Source of the DNA: an uncultured Gemmataceae bacterium
Lineage (GTDB): Bacteria > Planctomycetota > Planctomycetia > Gemmatales > Gemmataceae
Direction of reading: 5' to 3'
DNA length: 64,000 bases
NCBI GenBank assembly: GCA_963750165.1
Contig: CAVVPN010000011.1
Coordinates: forward strand, 960,001 to 1,024,000
Numbering within the stretch: the first letter of the stretch is position 1; each line of letters begins with the position of its first letter. Below are positions 1-9,021 of this stretch, piece by piece. The position numbers were made by a program, and so were the translations under genes. Below the pieces are notes generated by a model. That model was given only the letters and a program-made list of their open reading frames with translations. It made no database searches and was not told the DNA's origin.

Positions 1-2101
1 CCACGTCGGCGTGGCGGATGCCGTTGGTGAGCGTGGCGGCCAGCTTGCCCTCGACCACCTGCGCGAGGCTGCCCAGTTCCTTCTTGATCGTCTCCGTCTT
101 GCGGACCAGCACGCGGAGCACGCGATCCTCGGGGCGCTGGGCGTAGACGAAGTAGTGACAGAACACCTCCGGCCGGGGCTGCAGCTTGCGGTCGATGCGG
201 CCGTTGCGCTGCTCCATACGGCTGGGGTTCCAGGGCACGTCGAAGTGGAACAGGTTCCAGCAATGGCTCTGCAGGTTGATGCCCTCCCGGGCCGCGTCCG
301 TGGCCAGCAGGATACGCACGGGGTGCTTGCGCGGGTCGGTGTTGAACGCCCGCTTGATCTCCTCGCGCCTGGCCTGGGGCGTCGGGCCGTGGTAGACCTC
401 GATGCGCTCGTCTGCGCGGTCGGTACCCTGAATCGCGACGGTCAGCTGCTCGCGCAGGTAACGCAGCGTGTCCTCGTACTCGGTGAAGATGAGCACGCGC
501 ACGTCGTTCCAGCGCGGCGGTTGCTCCGGCGGCGCCGTTCCCAGGGGCGGGAGACCGGGGCACAGGGTTTCCCGGAGCCAGTCCACCAGCCGCCGCACCC
601 GCGCATCCGGCAGGCTGCGGGACGCCTCCGCCACGCGGGTCATCGCATCGAGCAGGACTTGTTCCTCGCTGCCATCCGCCGCGGCCGGGCCGGTGGGGGC
701 GCTGGCGACCGTGGCGGCCTCAATCTGCGCTTCCTCCTCGGCGGACAGCAGGGTTTCGGGCAAGGTCGCCCGCTCGTCGTCGCTGCCAATCCCTCCCCCG
801 AGCAGGTCCAATCGGCCGGTGCTGGCCGTCAAGGCGGCCCGCTCCTGGCGCTGCCGCTCGATGGTGCGGCGGTGGACGCGCAGGGTCCGCGCGAAGGCTT
901 CGATGGACGAGAGCAGCCGCTGTTGCAGTCCCGAGATGAGCAGGCTGGCGACCGCCTGTTTGCGTTTGGTTTCCTCGCGGAGTCGCTCCTCCCGCAGCCG
1001 GCGGTACTGGTCGAGCAATGCGGACAACCGCAGTTCCGGCGCCTCCGCGGGCAGGTTGTCGATGTCGAACTGGCGGACCACGCGCTGCGGGAACACTTCA
1101 TGGATCTGGCGGACATCCTCCTTGAGCCGCCGCACCATGACGGCTTCCAGCAGTTTCTTGTCCTTGACCGGCACGCCGCGGCAGAAGCGCTGCGGGTCGA
1201 GGATTTCCAGCAAGGCGGAGAAGCTGTTGGAGTGGCCGTTGTGCGGCGTCGCGGACAGAAACAGGCGGTGCTCGAAGCGCGGCGCCAGGTCCCGGATGGC
1301 CCTGGTGATCTTGGAGTCGATGGCGTAGCGGCCGCCGCTGGACGGCGCGGCGTGGTGGGCCTCGTCCAGGATGAGCAAGGCGCCGGCCCGGAAGTCCCCG
1401 AGCCAGTCGCGCAAGGGGCCGGCGTAGGCTTCGTCCACGAGCAGGCGGTGCGAGATGAGGAAGCGGCTGTGGGTGGTCCAGGGGTTGACCCCGTAGCCGC
1501 GCTCGCGGCGGACGCGCGTGACGAAGTCCTTGTCGAGAATCTCGAACGTCAGGCCGAAGCGGTTTTCCAGTTCGTCCTGCCACTGCTGCAAGACCGAGGG
1601 CGGGCAGGCGACGACGATGTCCCGGACCTTCTTGCGGAGCAGCAGTTCGCGGGCGATGAGACCGGCCTCAATCGTTTTGCCGAGTCCGACGTCGTCCGCG
1701 ATGAACAGGTTGACGCGCGGCAGCAGCAGGGCCTTGCGAAGGGGTTCCAGCTGGTAGGCGTCGATGCGGATGCCGGCGCGGAAGGGCGCCTGGAACAATT
1801 TCGGGTTGGTGGCGGTGACACAGTTCCAGCGCAGCGTGTGCAAATACGCCGAGAACAGCCGGGGCGGGTCGAAGCCGCGGGTGGAGAGCGCGTCCCAGGA
1901 GGTGTCGCCCAGGATCTCGGCGTCCACTTCTTTCTGCCAGAGCACCTCCAGGGGCTTTCCCTGGTTGTCGTCATCCAGGCAGGCCATGCAGACCACGGCA
2001 CAGTCACCGACCCGCGGCGGGTTGGTCACTTCCTCAACGAGATACTGGCGCTGGCGCACGCGGACGATCTGGCCGAGTTTCGGAATCGAGTCGTCACGCA
2101 T
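1..2101 (-). CDS. drmD: DISARM-type SNF2-like helicase DrmD, 5' part (runs off left edge; absent from ORF track)
   Basis: Manual translation from ATG at 2101: MRDDSIPKLGQIVRVRQRQYLVEEV...NLFIADDVGLGKTIEAGL (Walker A)...LILDEAHH (Walker B)...LSATPHNGHSNSF...LATDAAREGINLQ...PWNPSRMEQRNGRIDR. Motifs are co-linear with the DrmD at 46968-50171. The 11..2239 + ORF is its antisense shadow. Confidence 0.9.
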   Translation of the reverse strand, partial: MRDDSIPKLGQIVRVRQRQYLVEEVTNPPRVGDCAVVCMACLDDDNQGKPLEVLWQKEVDAEILGDTSWDALSTRGFDPPRLFSAYLHTLRWNCVTATNPKLFQAPFRAGIRIDAYQLEPLRKALLLPRVNLFIADDVGLGKTIEAGLIARELLLRKKVRDIVVACPPSVLQQWQDELENRFGLTFEILDKDFVTRVRRERGYGVNPWTTHSRFLISHRLLVDEAYAGPLRDWLGDFRAGALLILDEAHHAAPSSGGRYAIDSKITRAIRDLAPRFEHRLFLSATPHNGHSNSFSALLEILDPQRFCRGVPVKDKKLLEAVMVRRLKEDVRQIHEVFPQRVVRQFDIDNLPAEAPELRLSALLDQYRRLREERLREETKRKQAVASLLISGLQQRLLSSIEAFARTLRVHRRTIERQRQERAALTASTGRLDLLGGGIGSDDERATLPETLLSAEEEAQIEAATVASAPTGPAAADGSEEQVLLDAMTRVAEASRSLPDARVRRLVDWLRETLCPGLPPLGTAPPEQPPRWNDVRVLIFTEYEDTLRYLREQLTVAIQGTDRADERIEVYHGPTPQARREEIKRAFNTDPRKHPVRILLATDAAREGINLQSHCWNLFHFDVPWNPSRMEQRNGRIDRKLQPRPEVFCHYFVYAQRPEDRVLRVLVRKTETIKKELGSLAQVVEGKLAATLTNGIRHADV

Positions 2102-2312
2102 GAGGCGCCCCAGTCAATCCAATCGGGGATGAAAGCGGTTGTGTTCCGGCTGCATGGATGGCGCTGGTCACGCCCCACCGGGATCAGCCAGCACGTCGGG
2201 TTGGTGTATTGGAATGAGCGGGCCCGAGTGCGTCAATGAAAATCGGGGTGCCGAGCGGAGAGATCGCAAAAGTTGCTGAACGGACGGCAGAAGCAACCAG
2301 CGCGTGAATCGA

Positions 2313-3851
2313 TCACATGCCGGCAGTTCTGCTGCGCTGGAAAACATAGGGCACCTCCTTGACCCCGCCCCGCTGGCCCTCGTGCTCCTGCACCAGCTGC
2401 GCGGCGTACCCCAGGCAGTCGATCTGGTCATCTTTGCCGCCATCCGCGCCGACAAACACCGCCAATTCTGCCAGGAAGTCCCCTAGCCAGGGCGCCTCTA
2501 CGGGGAGGTAGATTTGCCCCGCTTCGGCCCGAATTACCGCGGGCAGCGCCCGTACCAGCTTGCTTTTGCCGCCGGGGTGCAACTCCTTGACCGGCACCAT
2601 GCCGGCCAACTTCCGGGCCTGCTGCGCCAGTTTGCCCTGAAAGAAGCCGGTCTCCAGCGCCGCGAAGCTCGGCCGCCACTGGTCGCACACGGCCTTGAGC
2701 CGCGGCACGATGGCCTCCAGCGGCACACGCTCGCGGAGCATGTACTCCAGCAACAGATCGCAGCCGGGCGTAACCGCGAACACGCCGGCGGCGGTAAAGT
2801 CTGCCGAACTCGATTCGCCCCCCGCAGGGTCCAGCACCACGAACCGCCAGCAGTCGCGCTTGAGCACCGGGGGCCCACCGGCCAGGCGGTAGGCGTCGCC
2901 CTGATCGACGAACCGACGTTTCTCAAACCAGGCCGTCTTGAAAATGGCGCCCTCGCGCGGCACCGGGCGCTGCTGGTGCTGCGCCAGGTAGCCGGCGCTG
3001 CCGAGCGTGCGCTTCGCCTCCGCGGTCTGTTCGGGGCCGAACACTTCGGGGCGGAGCAGCTGCCCCGGCTCGGTCCGCCAGTCCGACCAGCCGATGGGCG
3101 TGGCGCAGCGCTCCCTGGGGTCGTACTCCTCCTGGAGCAGCAACTCGACCCAGTCGCCGCTGCGGCGCAGGTGGCCGATGAGGTCGTCGTGGTGGACGCG
3201 CTGGCCGATGACCACGCGGCCGCCCAGTCGGGCGTCGTTGACGCGGTTGAAGAACGCCTGGTCATGCCAGTCGATGGTGCCCAGCCGGACCGCCGCACTC
3301 TCGGCCTCGCGGACGTTGTGCGCGTCGTCGATGAGGGTGAACTGGCCGCGCTCGCCGGTGGTGCCGCCGTCCACCGACGCCGTGACGCGGAAGCCGGTCC
3401 GGTCGTTCTCGTACCGCTCCTTGACGTTCTGGTCCCCGGTCATCCGGAAGCAGTCGCCGAAGTGCGCCTGGTACGGCGGCGACTCGATGACGCGGCGGCT
3501 GCGGACGCTGTCGCGCAGGGCGAGCTTCAGGGCGTAGGAGGCGGTGACGAAGCGGTCGGCGGGCCAGTTGACCCAGTGCCAGGCGGGCCAGAGCACCGAG
3601 GCGACCGTGCTCTTGCCGAGGCCGGGCGGGCACTCGACCAGGAGGTTGCGGAGTTGGCGCCGGCTGACGGCCTCCAGGTGGTCGCAGACCGCGTCCAGGT
3701 GCCGGCCCCAGCGCAGCGGCGTGGCCGGCTCGACGACGGGCCAGGCCCAGCGGACGAAGTCACGCAGGCGGCGCCGCGCCTTCTCCGCCCGGACCTGGCC
3801 CAGGGGTGGCAGCCCGGTCGAGAATCGCTTCGAGCGTATCGAGGTCATCAT
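2313..3851 (-). CDS. Phage terminase large subunit
   Basis: ATPase motifs PPGLGKS and LIDD; RNase H-like nuclease motifs VVLDPA and DDQID; typical Y-x-AQxQQxP linker. Start codon uncertain (3851 or 3866). Confidence 0.88.
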   Translation of the reverse strand: MMTSIRSKRFSTGLPPLGQVRAEKARRRLRDFVRWAWPVVEPATPLRWGRHLDAVCDHLEAVSRRQLRNLLVECPPGLGKSTVASVLWPAWHWVNWPADRFVTASYALKLALRDSVRSRRVIESPPYQAHFGDCFRMTGDQNVKERYENDRTGFRVTASVDGGTTGERGQFTLIDDAHNVREAESAAVRLGTIDWHDQAFFNRVNDARLGGRVVIGQRVHHDDLIGHLRRSGDWVELLLQEEYDPRERCATPIGWSDWRTEPGQLLRPEVFGPEQTAEAKRTLGSAGYLAQHQQRPVPREGAIFKTAWFEKRRFVDQGDAYRLAGGPPVLKRDCWRFVVLDPAGGESSSADFTAAGVFAVTPGCDLLLEYMLRERVPLEAIVPRLKAVCDQWRPSFAALETGFFQGKLAQQARKLAGMVPVKELHPGGKSKLVRALPAVIRAEAGQIYLPVEAPWLGDFLAELAVFVGADGGKDDQIDCLGYAAQLVQEHEGQRGGVKEVPYVFQRSRTAGM

Positions 3852-4191
3852 CGGACACGTTGGCAAGGTTGATAGTGTGGGCCAGCTGCCCGCTCTGCCG
3901 CACCTCAGAGCGCTCCACGAAGCCGCGGTCCTTGCCGAGGGTCTTCAGCGTCAGGGCGATGGCCCAGGGCTCTCCCCGCTTGATCGCGGCGAACAACTTT
4001 TCCTCGGCGGTGTCCACGACTTCGCCACGCCGGTTGGCGATACACCTGGCGATCTCCGGGCTCTGCCTCGCGCGGTTGTAGATCGTGTCCGGGTCGCAAC
4101 CGAGGCTCTTGGCGGCGAGGTAGACCAAGCCCTTCGTTTTGCTGAGGGCCGCCTTGATCTGGTCGTCGGAGTACACACGCGGCCTGGCCAT
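3760..4191 (-). CDS. Putative terminase small subunit (N-terminal HTH)
   Basis: 143 aa; HTH-like AAKSLGCDPDTIYNR; 'AEEKLF...AIALTLKT.GKDRGFVER' pattern; overlaps the TerL 5' end. Confidence 0.7.
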   Translation of the reverse strand: MARPRVYSDDQIKAALSKTKGLVYLAAKSLGCDPDTIYNRARQSPEIARCIANRRGEVVDTAEEKLFAAIKRGEPWAIALTLKTLGKDRGFVERSEVRQSGQLAHTINLANVSDDDLDTLEAILDRAATPGPGPGGEGAAPPA

Positions 4192-4574
4192 GATAAATCC
4201 CGAGTAACCTAGAAATCATGTAGTACGGGCACCTCGTGCCGCAGATCGTCGGCCCCACCCGGCGGGGACATTTCGTGTCTGTGATCTTGCCCACTACACC
4301 AGAGGGTCGGCCCGCAGTTCTTCCGCGCGTACCATCCCCAACTGCGGCATTGCTGAGAGCTGCACCTTTCAGGCGTCGGACTCGTTGACCCCACTGGCCC
4401 CTGGGAACGTTTTTTTCTCCTACGCGCGTGCGCATCAATGTCTTCTTGTCTTCCTGTCGTGCGCGCACGATAGAAAAATAATTTCATCTACAACCCAAGT
4501 GGACATTTCGGCGCCGCAATGACTTGCGGCAAATCGTCTCCGCCGCAGTTAGTGACAGACGCAAGGGGGTGCCA

Positions 4575-6738
4575 CTAATCTGCTGAGTGACACCCCCCAT
4601 TTGTTGTCACTGATTCCTCAATGTCCCTCTCGGGAGCCGCGATCAGAATTTCGTCCCGCAGGTCGTCGGAGAGCACAATCAACCGATGGCCGCCAGAAAG
4701 TCGGTCAGTCACCGGCGGGTCGGGGTTCAGGCAGCCGGCCTTCTTTGCCAGGGCCTGCAGCGAGTCCTGGTTGATCACCCCCGGTAACATCACTTCAATC
4801 TCCCCTGCGAGTTCCCACCGCATGCCGAGGTACAGCGTCACCTCCCCCTCGTTCGTCACCACCGCCCGCCAATATGCGTGATGCGCCCGCTGCACTTCCC
4901 GCCAACCGCGAGAGGACTCCCGCACCCCCGTCGCCACGTCCCTGGCGCGCCGGGCCAGACTGGTCTTGCTGGCGGTGCGCACGTCGCCGTCGCCCGGCTT
5001 CAGCAACTCGAAGGTCTTCGGCTTCGTCCACAGCGACACCAGGTTCGCCCGGAACCGCATGGAGAACCGCATGTCCCGGGTCAGGTTGGCGGCCGAGATG
5101 AGGGGTTCCGTCTCGATCAGGTTGGCGTACAGCACCGTCAGTTCGTCGCGCAGCGCCCCCAGGAGCATGCCCCGGTTCATCCCCGCGGGCGATTGAGGGG
5201 CGTCCGCCGCTGCCGCCGCAGCCTTCAGCAACCGCTCGGGCGTGAAGGCGATCAGGTCGGCCCGCGTCAGTTCGCCGTCCTTGGCGTCAGACCACAATCC
5301 CTTGTCGGTGCGGCCGACGATCTGCAGCGCCGTGGGCACGATAGTGCGAACCACGTCCCGTAGGTTGAGGGCGGCCACCGGCGGCCCGTGATCTAGTTCC
5401 TGGGCGGCGGCCGCGATGATCCGCGCCAGTAGCAGCTGCACTTCCGTCGGCTTGGGAGCTTCACCTGCGAAATGAGCGGCCAGCGTCCGCGCCGCCGCCC
5501 TGCGGCCGCCGTCCGTATTGCTCAACGGCACCTGGTCGAGCATCACGCCGTCGCGCAGCACCGCCACGCTGAGCGTAATCCGCCCGGAGCCGGTGCGCCG
5601 TGGCAGGCCCGGTCGCAAGGTGACGCCACCGATTTCATGGCCCGCCGGCACCTCTACAACCTCGCGGTCGTCCTGTTCGACTCTGACCGCCTTCCGCCGT
5701 CGTCGCTGCTCGCCGTAGCCCTGGTGGCTTAGATCGGCGGCAGCCTGCTTGAAGTCGCCGCCGTGATTCAGGATCGCGTAGACGGCGAATCGGTTGTACG
5801 CCTTGTTGGGTTCGAACGGGCTAGCGTTGCTGCTGAAGACGTAGAGCAAGGGGTTGCCGTCCTCATCCCGGCAGTGCCCGATGGTGGCGGACCAGCCCTT
5901 GCTTTTGCCTGGCCGGCGCACTGCGCAGCACGCCGTCGGCTGTCTCCTGGACCACCTCCCAACCCTGCAACAATTCCTCGATTGGTGGGCCGCAGCGAAT
6001 GTAGTCGTCACCCGGTCGCACCCCATCCCCCTTGGCGCTGACCGCCTGGGGCCGACTCTGGCGCGGCTGGTTGACGCCCGCCCGCTGGAACGACCTGGCC
6101 GTCTCGTGCAACAACTCGCGTTCGTCGGGAGAGAGGTCGGCCAGCTCGGAGAACGTGCGCCCCGCGTGATGCTGGTACTGCCCACCCGCATCGTGGCAGG
6201 CCCCGGGCGAGCCCGGGGCCAGGCCCTGGCCGCCCTCGCCGCGCGTCTCGATCAGCGTGCGCAGCAGGGCATTGCCGTGCGCGTCGCGTTGGATTTTGCC
6301 GGTGTCGTCATACCGATAGTCTGTCGCCAACTTCAGGTTGCCCGGGATGACGCCGGCTCGGCAGGTGTACCAGCAGTGAAACCGACCGCTCGGCGTCCTG
6401 ACCTGGCACAATCTGGCGACCAGCCCTGGCGCCTGCTGTTCGACCAGGGCGCACCAGGTCGGGAAGATCGTATCTGCTTCAACGTCGAAGTCTAGCAGTT
6501 CCAGGTTGCCGCTGGCCTTGCCGCAGCGCAGGCCGATGCCGTTGCGGCCGTCGCCGAACCACTTCTGAAGTTCGTCCGGCGTCGGCGCTGCCAGGTTTTG
6601 CCACCCCTTCAGGAAGGGTCGTTTCTCGCCGTTTGGCAGGATGGGCGTAACGGCGATCTTGGCGGCCCGGTAGCCCAGGGCATAGTCCAGAACCGTCAGC
6701 CGGTCTTCGGTGCCGTTGATGCTGGTGGGAGGTGTCAT
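4575..6738 (-). pseudogene. Bifunctional DNA primase/polymerase (Prim-Pol) protein, frameshifted near 5920
   Basis: ORF 5863-6738 has GEKRP..KGW, GIGLRCG, LDFD, RTPSGRFH and IETRGEGG. It continues in another frame as RRPGKSKGWSATIG...LYVFSSNA.PFEP (ORF ending 4575). RBS-like GGGAGG lies upstream of ATG 6738. Confidence 0.8.
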
Positions 6739-6902
6739 AGGTCGGCCCTCCCGCCTTTGCCAATTGTCGCCGCTGAAGATACCATGTTCTATGTTCCCGA
6801 TTCGTTTTTGGCGGAGGGACCGCGAATCCCTGCCGCCTTTTTTCAAACTCACGCCACGCCTCTTGGCGCTCCGCCTGCGAACGGTTAGCCAGCCAGACGG
6901 GG

Positions 6903-7259
6903 TCAGATGCCGATCCGGTCGAGTTCCTTGTCGGCGCGGGCCGCTGCGCTCTGACGTTTCGCCGGTGAGCGCGAAGCGGGGATGTCGCCCCGGGCGGCCT
7001 TCGGCGTCTGCCTCTCAATGAATCGTGCCAGGGCGGGGCCGGTCGTGATCCAACGGCCTGACAGCCTCGCGGCCTCCAGGTAAACCCGCTCGCCGTTTGG
7101 CCCCGCGGTGCCGTTCAGCACCCAGCGCAGCACACAGCCCAAAGTCGGCTTCTTGCCGCCGCGTGTCACCGGCAGCCGCTGGCCAGCCTCCACCAAACTC
7201 AACCCCTGCCCGGCCGCGATCTCTTCCGCCAGTGTGTCCGTGGTCGTCTCGTCGTTCAT
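6903..7259 (-). CDS. DUF1580-like HTH protein (probable excisionase/regulator)
   Basis: LSLVEAGQRLP...TLGCVLRWVLNG...LEAARLSGRWITT..ALARF pattern; located directly downstream of the integrase. Confidence 0.75.
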   Translation of the reverse strand: MNDETTTDTLAEEIAAGQGLSLVEAGQRLPVTRGGKKPTLGCVLRWVLNGTAGPNGERVYLEAARLSGRWITTGPALARFIERQTPKAARGDIPASRSPAKRQSAAARADKELDRIGI

Positions 7260-7434
7260 GGTGTCCCCCTCGTGCTCGATAGTTGTCCGCCGCTTGCCAG
7301 AGCCGACGAACATTCACGGATTATGGGGGCTACATGGGTGTGTTTCGGTGCCGTCCCTTGCTTGTTGGTGTCCGCCGCTCACCGCGGACGACGAGTTGTT
7401 GCGACCACTCGTGGGCACACCGATTTTCAGCCGC

Positions 7435-7489
7435 AAACGCATTCCGGCGGTTGGCACCGTCTTAAGGCCCCAACCGCCGGAATGCGTTT
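7435..7489. terminator. Perfect 20-bp inverted repeat (terminator or cruciform)
   Basis: aaacgcattccggcggttgg (7435-7454) / ccaaccgccggaatgcgttt (7470-7489), just past the integrase stop. Confidence 0.65.
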
Positions 7490-7544
7490 AGCTGATGTTA
7501 TTTACGGAAATATGCGATCGTCCGCTGCGGAAGCAAAATCGGCG

Positions 7545-8723
7545 TCAGCCGATGTCCCGCATGATCTCCTGCGCCTTGTTCAAGTCCCGCTCTGCGTAGA
7601 TTTGCGTCGTCTCAATCCGGGTGTGTCCGAGGACCGTTTTTGCAGCCTCGACGCCGAACTTCGCTCGGATCGCGGTCGCAGCCGTGTGTCGCAGCTGCAG
7701 GGGCGACCACGCTGGCACCTTGGCCTTTTGACAGGCCCGGACGATGGCGACGCGGAAGCTCCGTCGGTTGTAGCGCTCGGCGGGGACGCGGCGGGGCTGG
7801 GGCTTACGCTTCCGCTTCAGTTCCGAGGGCGTCCGCTTGGTTTTCCGCTGGGCGGCCCGCCGGCGGCGCAACTCTTCGACGTAAGCGCGAGGGCTGAAGA
7901 GGTACGCTTCCAGGTTCGTGGTCAGGAACGGCTTGACGATCTCCTGGGCCTGTGGCCCGAGATGGATGATGCGGTCCAGGCCGCGGTGCTTGTTCTTGTG
8001 GCTAGCCGGGCAGTAGGTCCAGACTGGCCCGGCCATGTTCAGGTCGGCGGCGCGCATGACCATGACCTCACCCGGCCGGCACCCGGTCAGCCGCTGCAGC
8101 CCCACCATGGCCCGTACTGGTTCGGGCAGGAACGGGAGGGTGGCGGTCACAACCTCGTCGGCGACGGGTTGGACAGGCGGGGCTTCCTTTGCCGAACAGC
8201 GGCCGCGCTGCAAGCCCGGCACGGTGCGCAGGGATTCAAAGACGGCGGACGGGATGTGTTGGTAACTGACGGCCCACTTGAACACGCGGCGGACGCGGTT
8301 GACGCGGGCGTTGACCACGCCGCGGGACAGGCCGGACTTGGCCAGGTCTTCTTGAATGGTGCGGAGTGCCAGGGGGCCGAACGCCGCCGCCTGGGAGTGA
8401 CTGTAGAGGCGTCGGAGGGGCTTGAGCGCGTTGCGGATGTTCTCCAGCTCTAGGCCGGGGTTGCCCTGGTCATCGCGGTAGTAGCCTTCGGCCCAGTGCC
8501 AGTAGCTCACCATCAGTTCGGCCACGGTCGGGCCGTCGGCCGCCGGCGCGGCCAGACTGCGGCCGCTGCCGAGCCATTCGGCAATGAGCCGGTCGTACTC
8601 CGCGCGGCTTTCGGCAGAGCCGAAGGCGCCCAGATAGTGGTCTTTGCCGTCGATGCGCACGACGGCCCGGCCGCTGGCTTTGTGCAGGCAGTAGGAGGGG
8701 GTGCGGGGTGCTCGCTTGGACAT
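7545..8723 (-). CDS. Tyrosine recombinase/integrase
   Basis: N-terminal arm domain (YCLHKASGRAVVRIDGKDHYLG); catalytic motifs TGCRPGE, HK, QLRH, LGH and TQIY. Confidence 0.93.
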   Translation of the reverse strand: MSKRAPRTPSYCLHKASGRAVVRIDGKDHYLGAFGSAESRAEYDRLIAEWLGSGRSLAAPAADGPTVAELMVSYWHWAEGYYRDDQGNPGLELENIRNALKPLRRLYSHSQAAAFGPLALRTIQEDLAKSGLSRGVVNARVNRVRRVFKWAVSYQHIPSAVFESLRTVPGLQRGRCSAKEAPPVQPVADEVVTATLPFLPEPVRAMVGLQRLTGCRPGEVMVMRAADLNMAGPVWTYCPASHKNKHRGLDRIIHLGPQAQEIVKPFLTTNLEAYLFSPRAYVEELRRRRAAQRKTKRTPSELKRKRKPQPRRVPAERYNRRSFRVAIVRACQKAKVPAWSPLQLRHTAATAIRAKFGVEAAKTVLGHTRIETTQIYAERDLNKAQEIMRDIG

Positions 8724-8734
8724 GGTGCAAAGGC

Positions 8735-8758
8735 CCTTTTCCGTAATTACGGAGAAGG
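8735..8758. promoter_or_regulatory. Near-perfect palindrome, candidate operator or integrase-binding site
   Basis: ccttttCCGTAATTACGGagaagg, immediately upstream of the integrase ATG. Confidence 0.5.
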
Positions 8759-8831
8759 ATTCCTTTCCGGGCTGCACCATTCACCGCGAATGGGTACGCT
8801 CAACCTGAGTCTGGTTGAGGATTTCTGTCTA

Positions 8832-8875
8832 GAGCGGGCGATGGGATTCGAACCCACGACGTCCAGCTTGGGAAG
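8832..8875 (-). repeat. 3' half of tRNA-Gly(CCC), an att-site remnant (not a full tRNA)
   Basis: Reverse complement cttCCCaagctggacgtcgtgGGTTCGAATCCcatcgcccgctc gives the anticodon loop, T arm and acceptor 3' strand. The D-arm/5' half is replaced by T-rich DNA. It sits between two divergent integrases. Confidence 0.88.
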
Positions 8876-9021
8876 ATGTATGCTTTTCGCATTTTTCCGT
8901 TTTTTCTGGCTTTTTTCTTCTCAAATTAAACGATTTTGTACCACTTTCTGCTATAATCGTTTAAGATGTCGTTTAATGGGGGCGATCTCGCCGCCATCCC
9001 GACAAGCGCGAGGAGACGATC

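Larger units (their letters stand above)
2216..8875 (-). mobile_element. Compact phage-satellite-like integrative element (int, xis-like, prim-pol, terS, terL)
   Basis: Co-oriented gene set beginning next to the tRNA-Gly fragment. The left boundary is uncertain (only an 8-bp match gagcgggc at 2216-2223). Confidence 0.6.

Noticed and set aside
2216..2223. gagcgggc as the definite second att site
   Set aside because: Only 8 bp in GC-rich DNA; the position is suggestive but could be chance.
11..2239. 742-aa + strand ORF
   Set aside because: Antisense shadow, in register with the minus-strand DrmD that carries all the helicase motifs.
8832..8910. Complete tRNA-Gly gene
   Set aside because: No D arm or 5' acceptor strand; only the 3' half is present.
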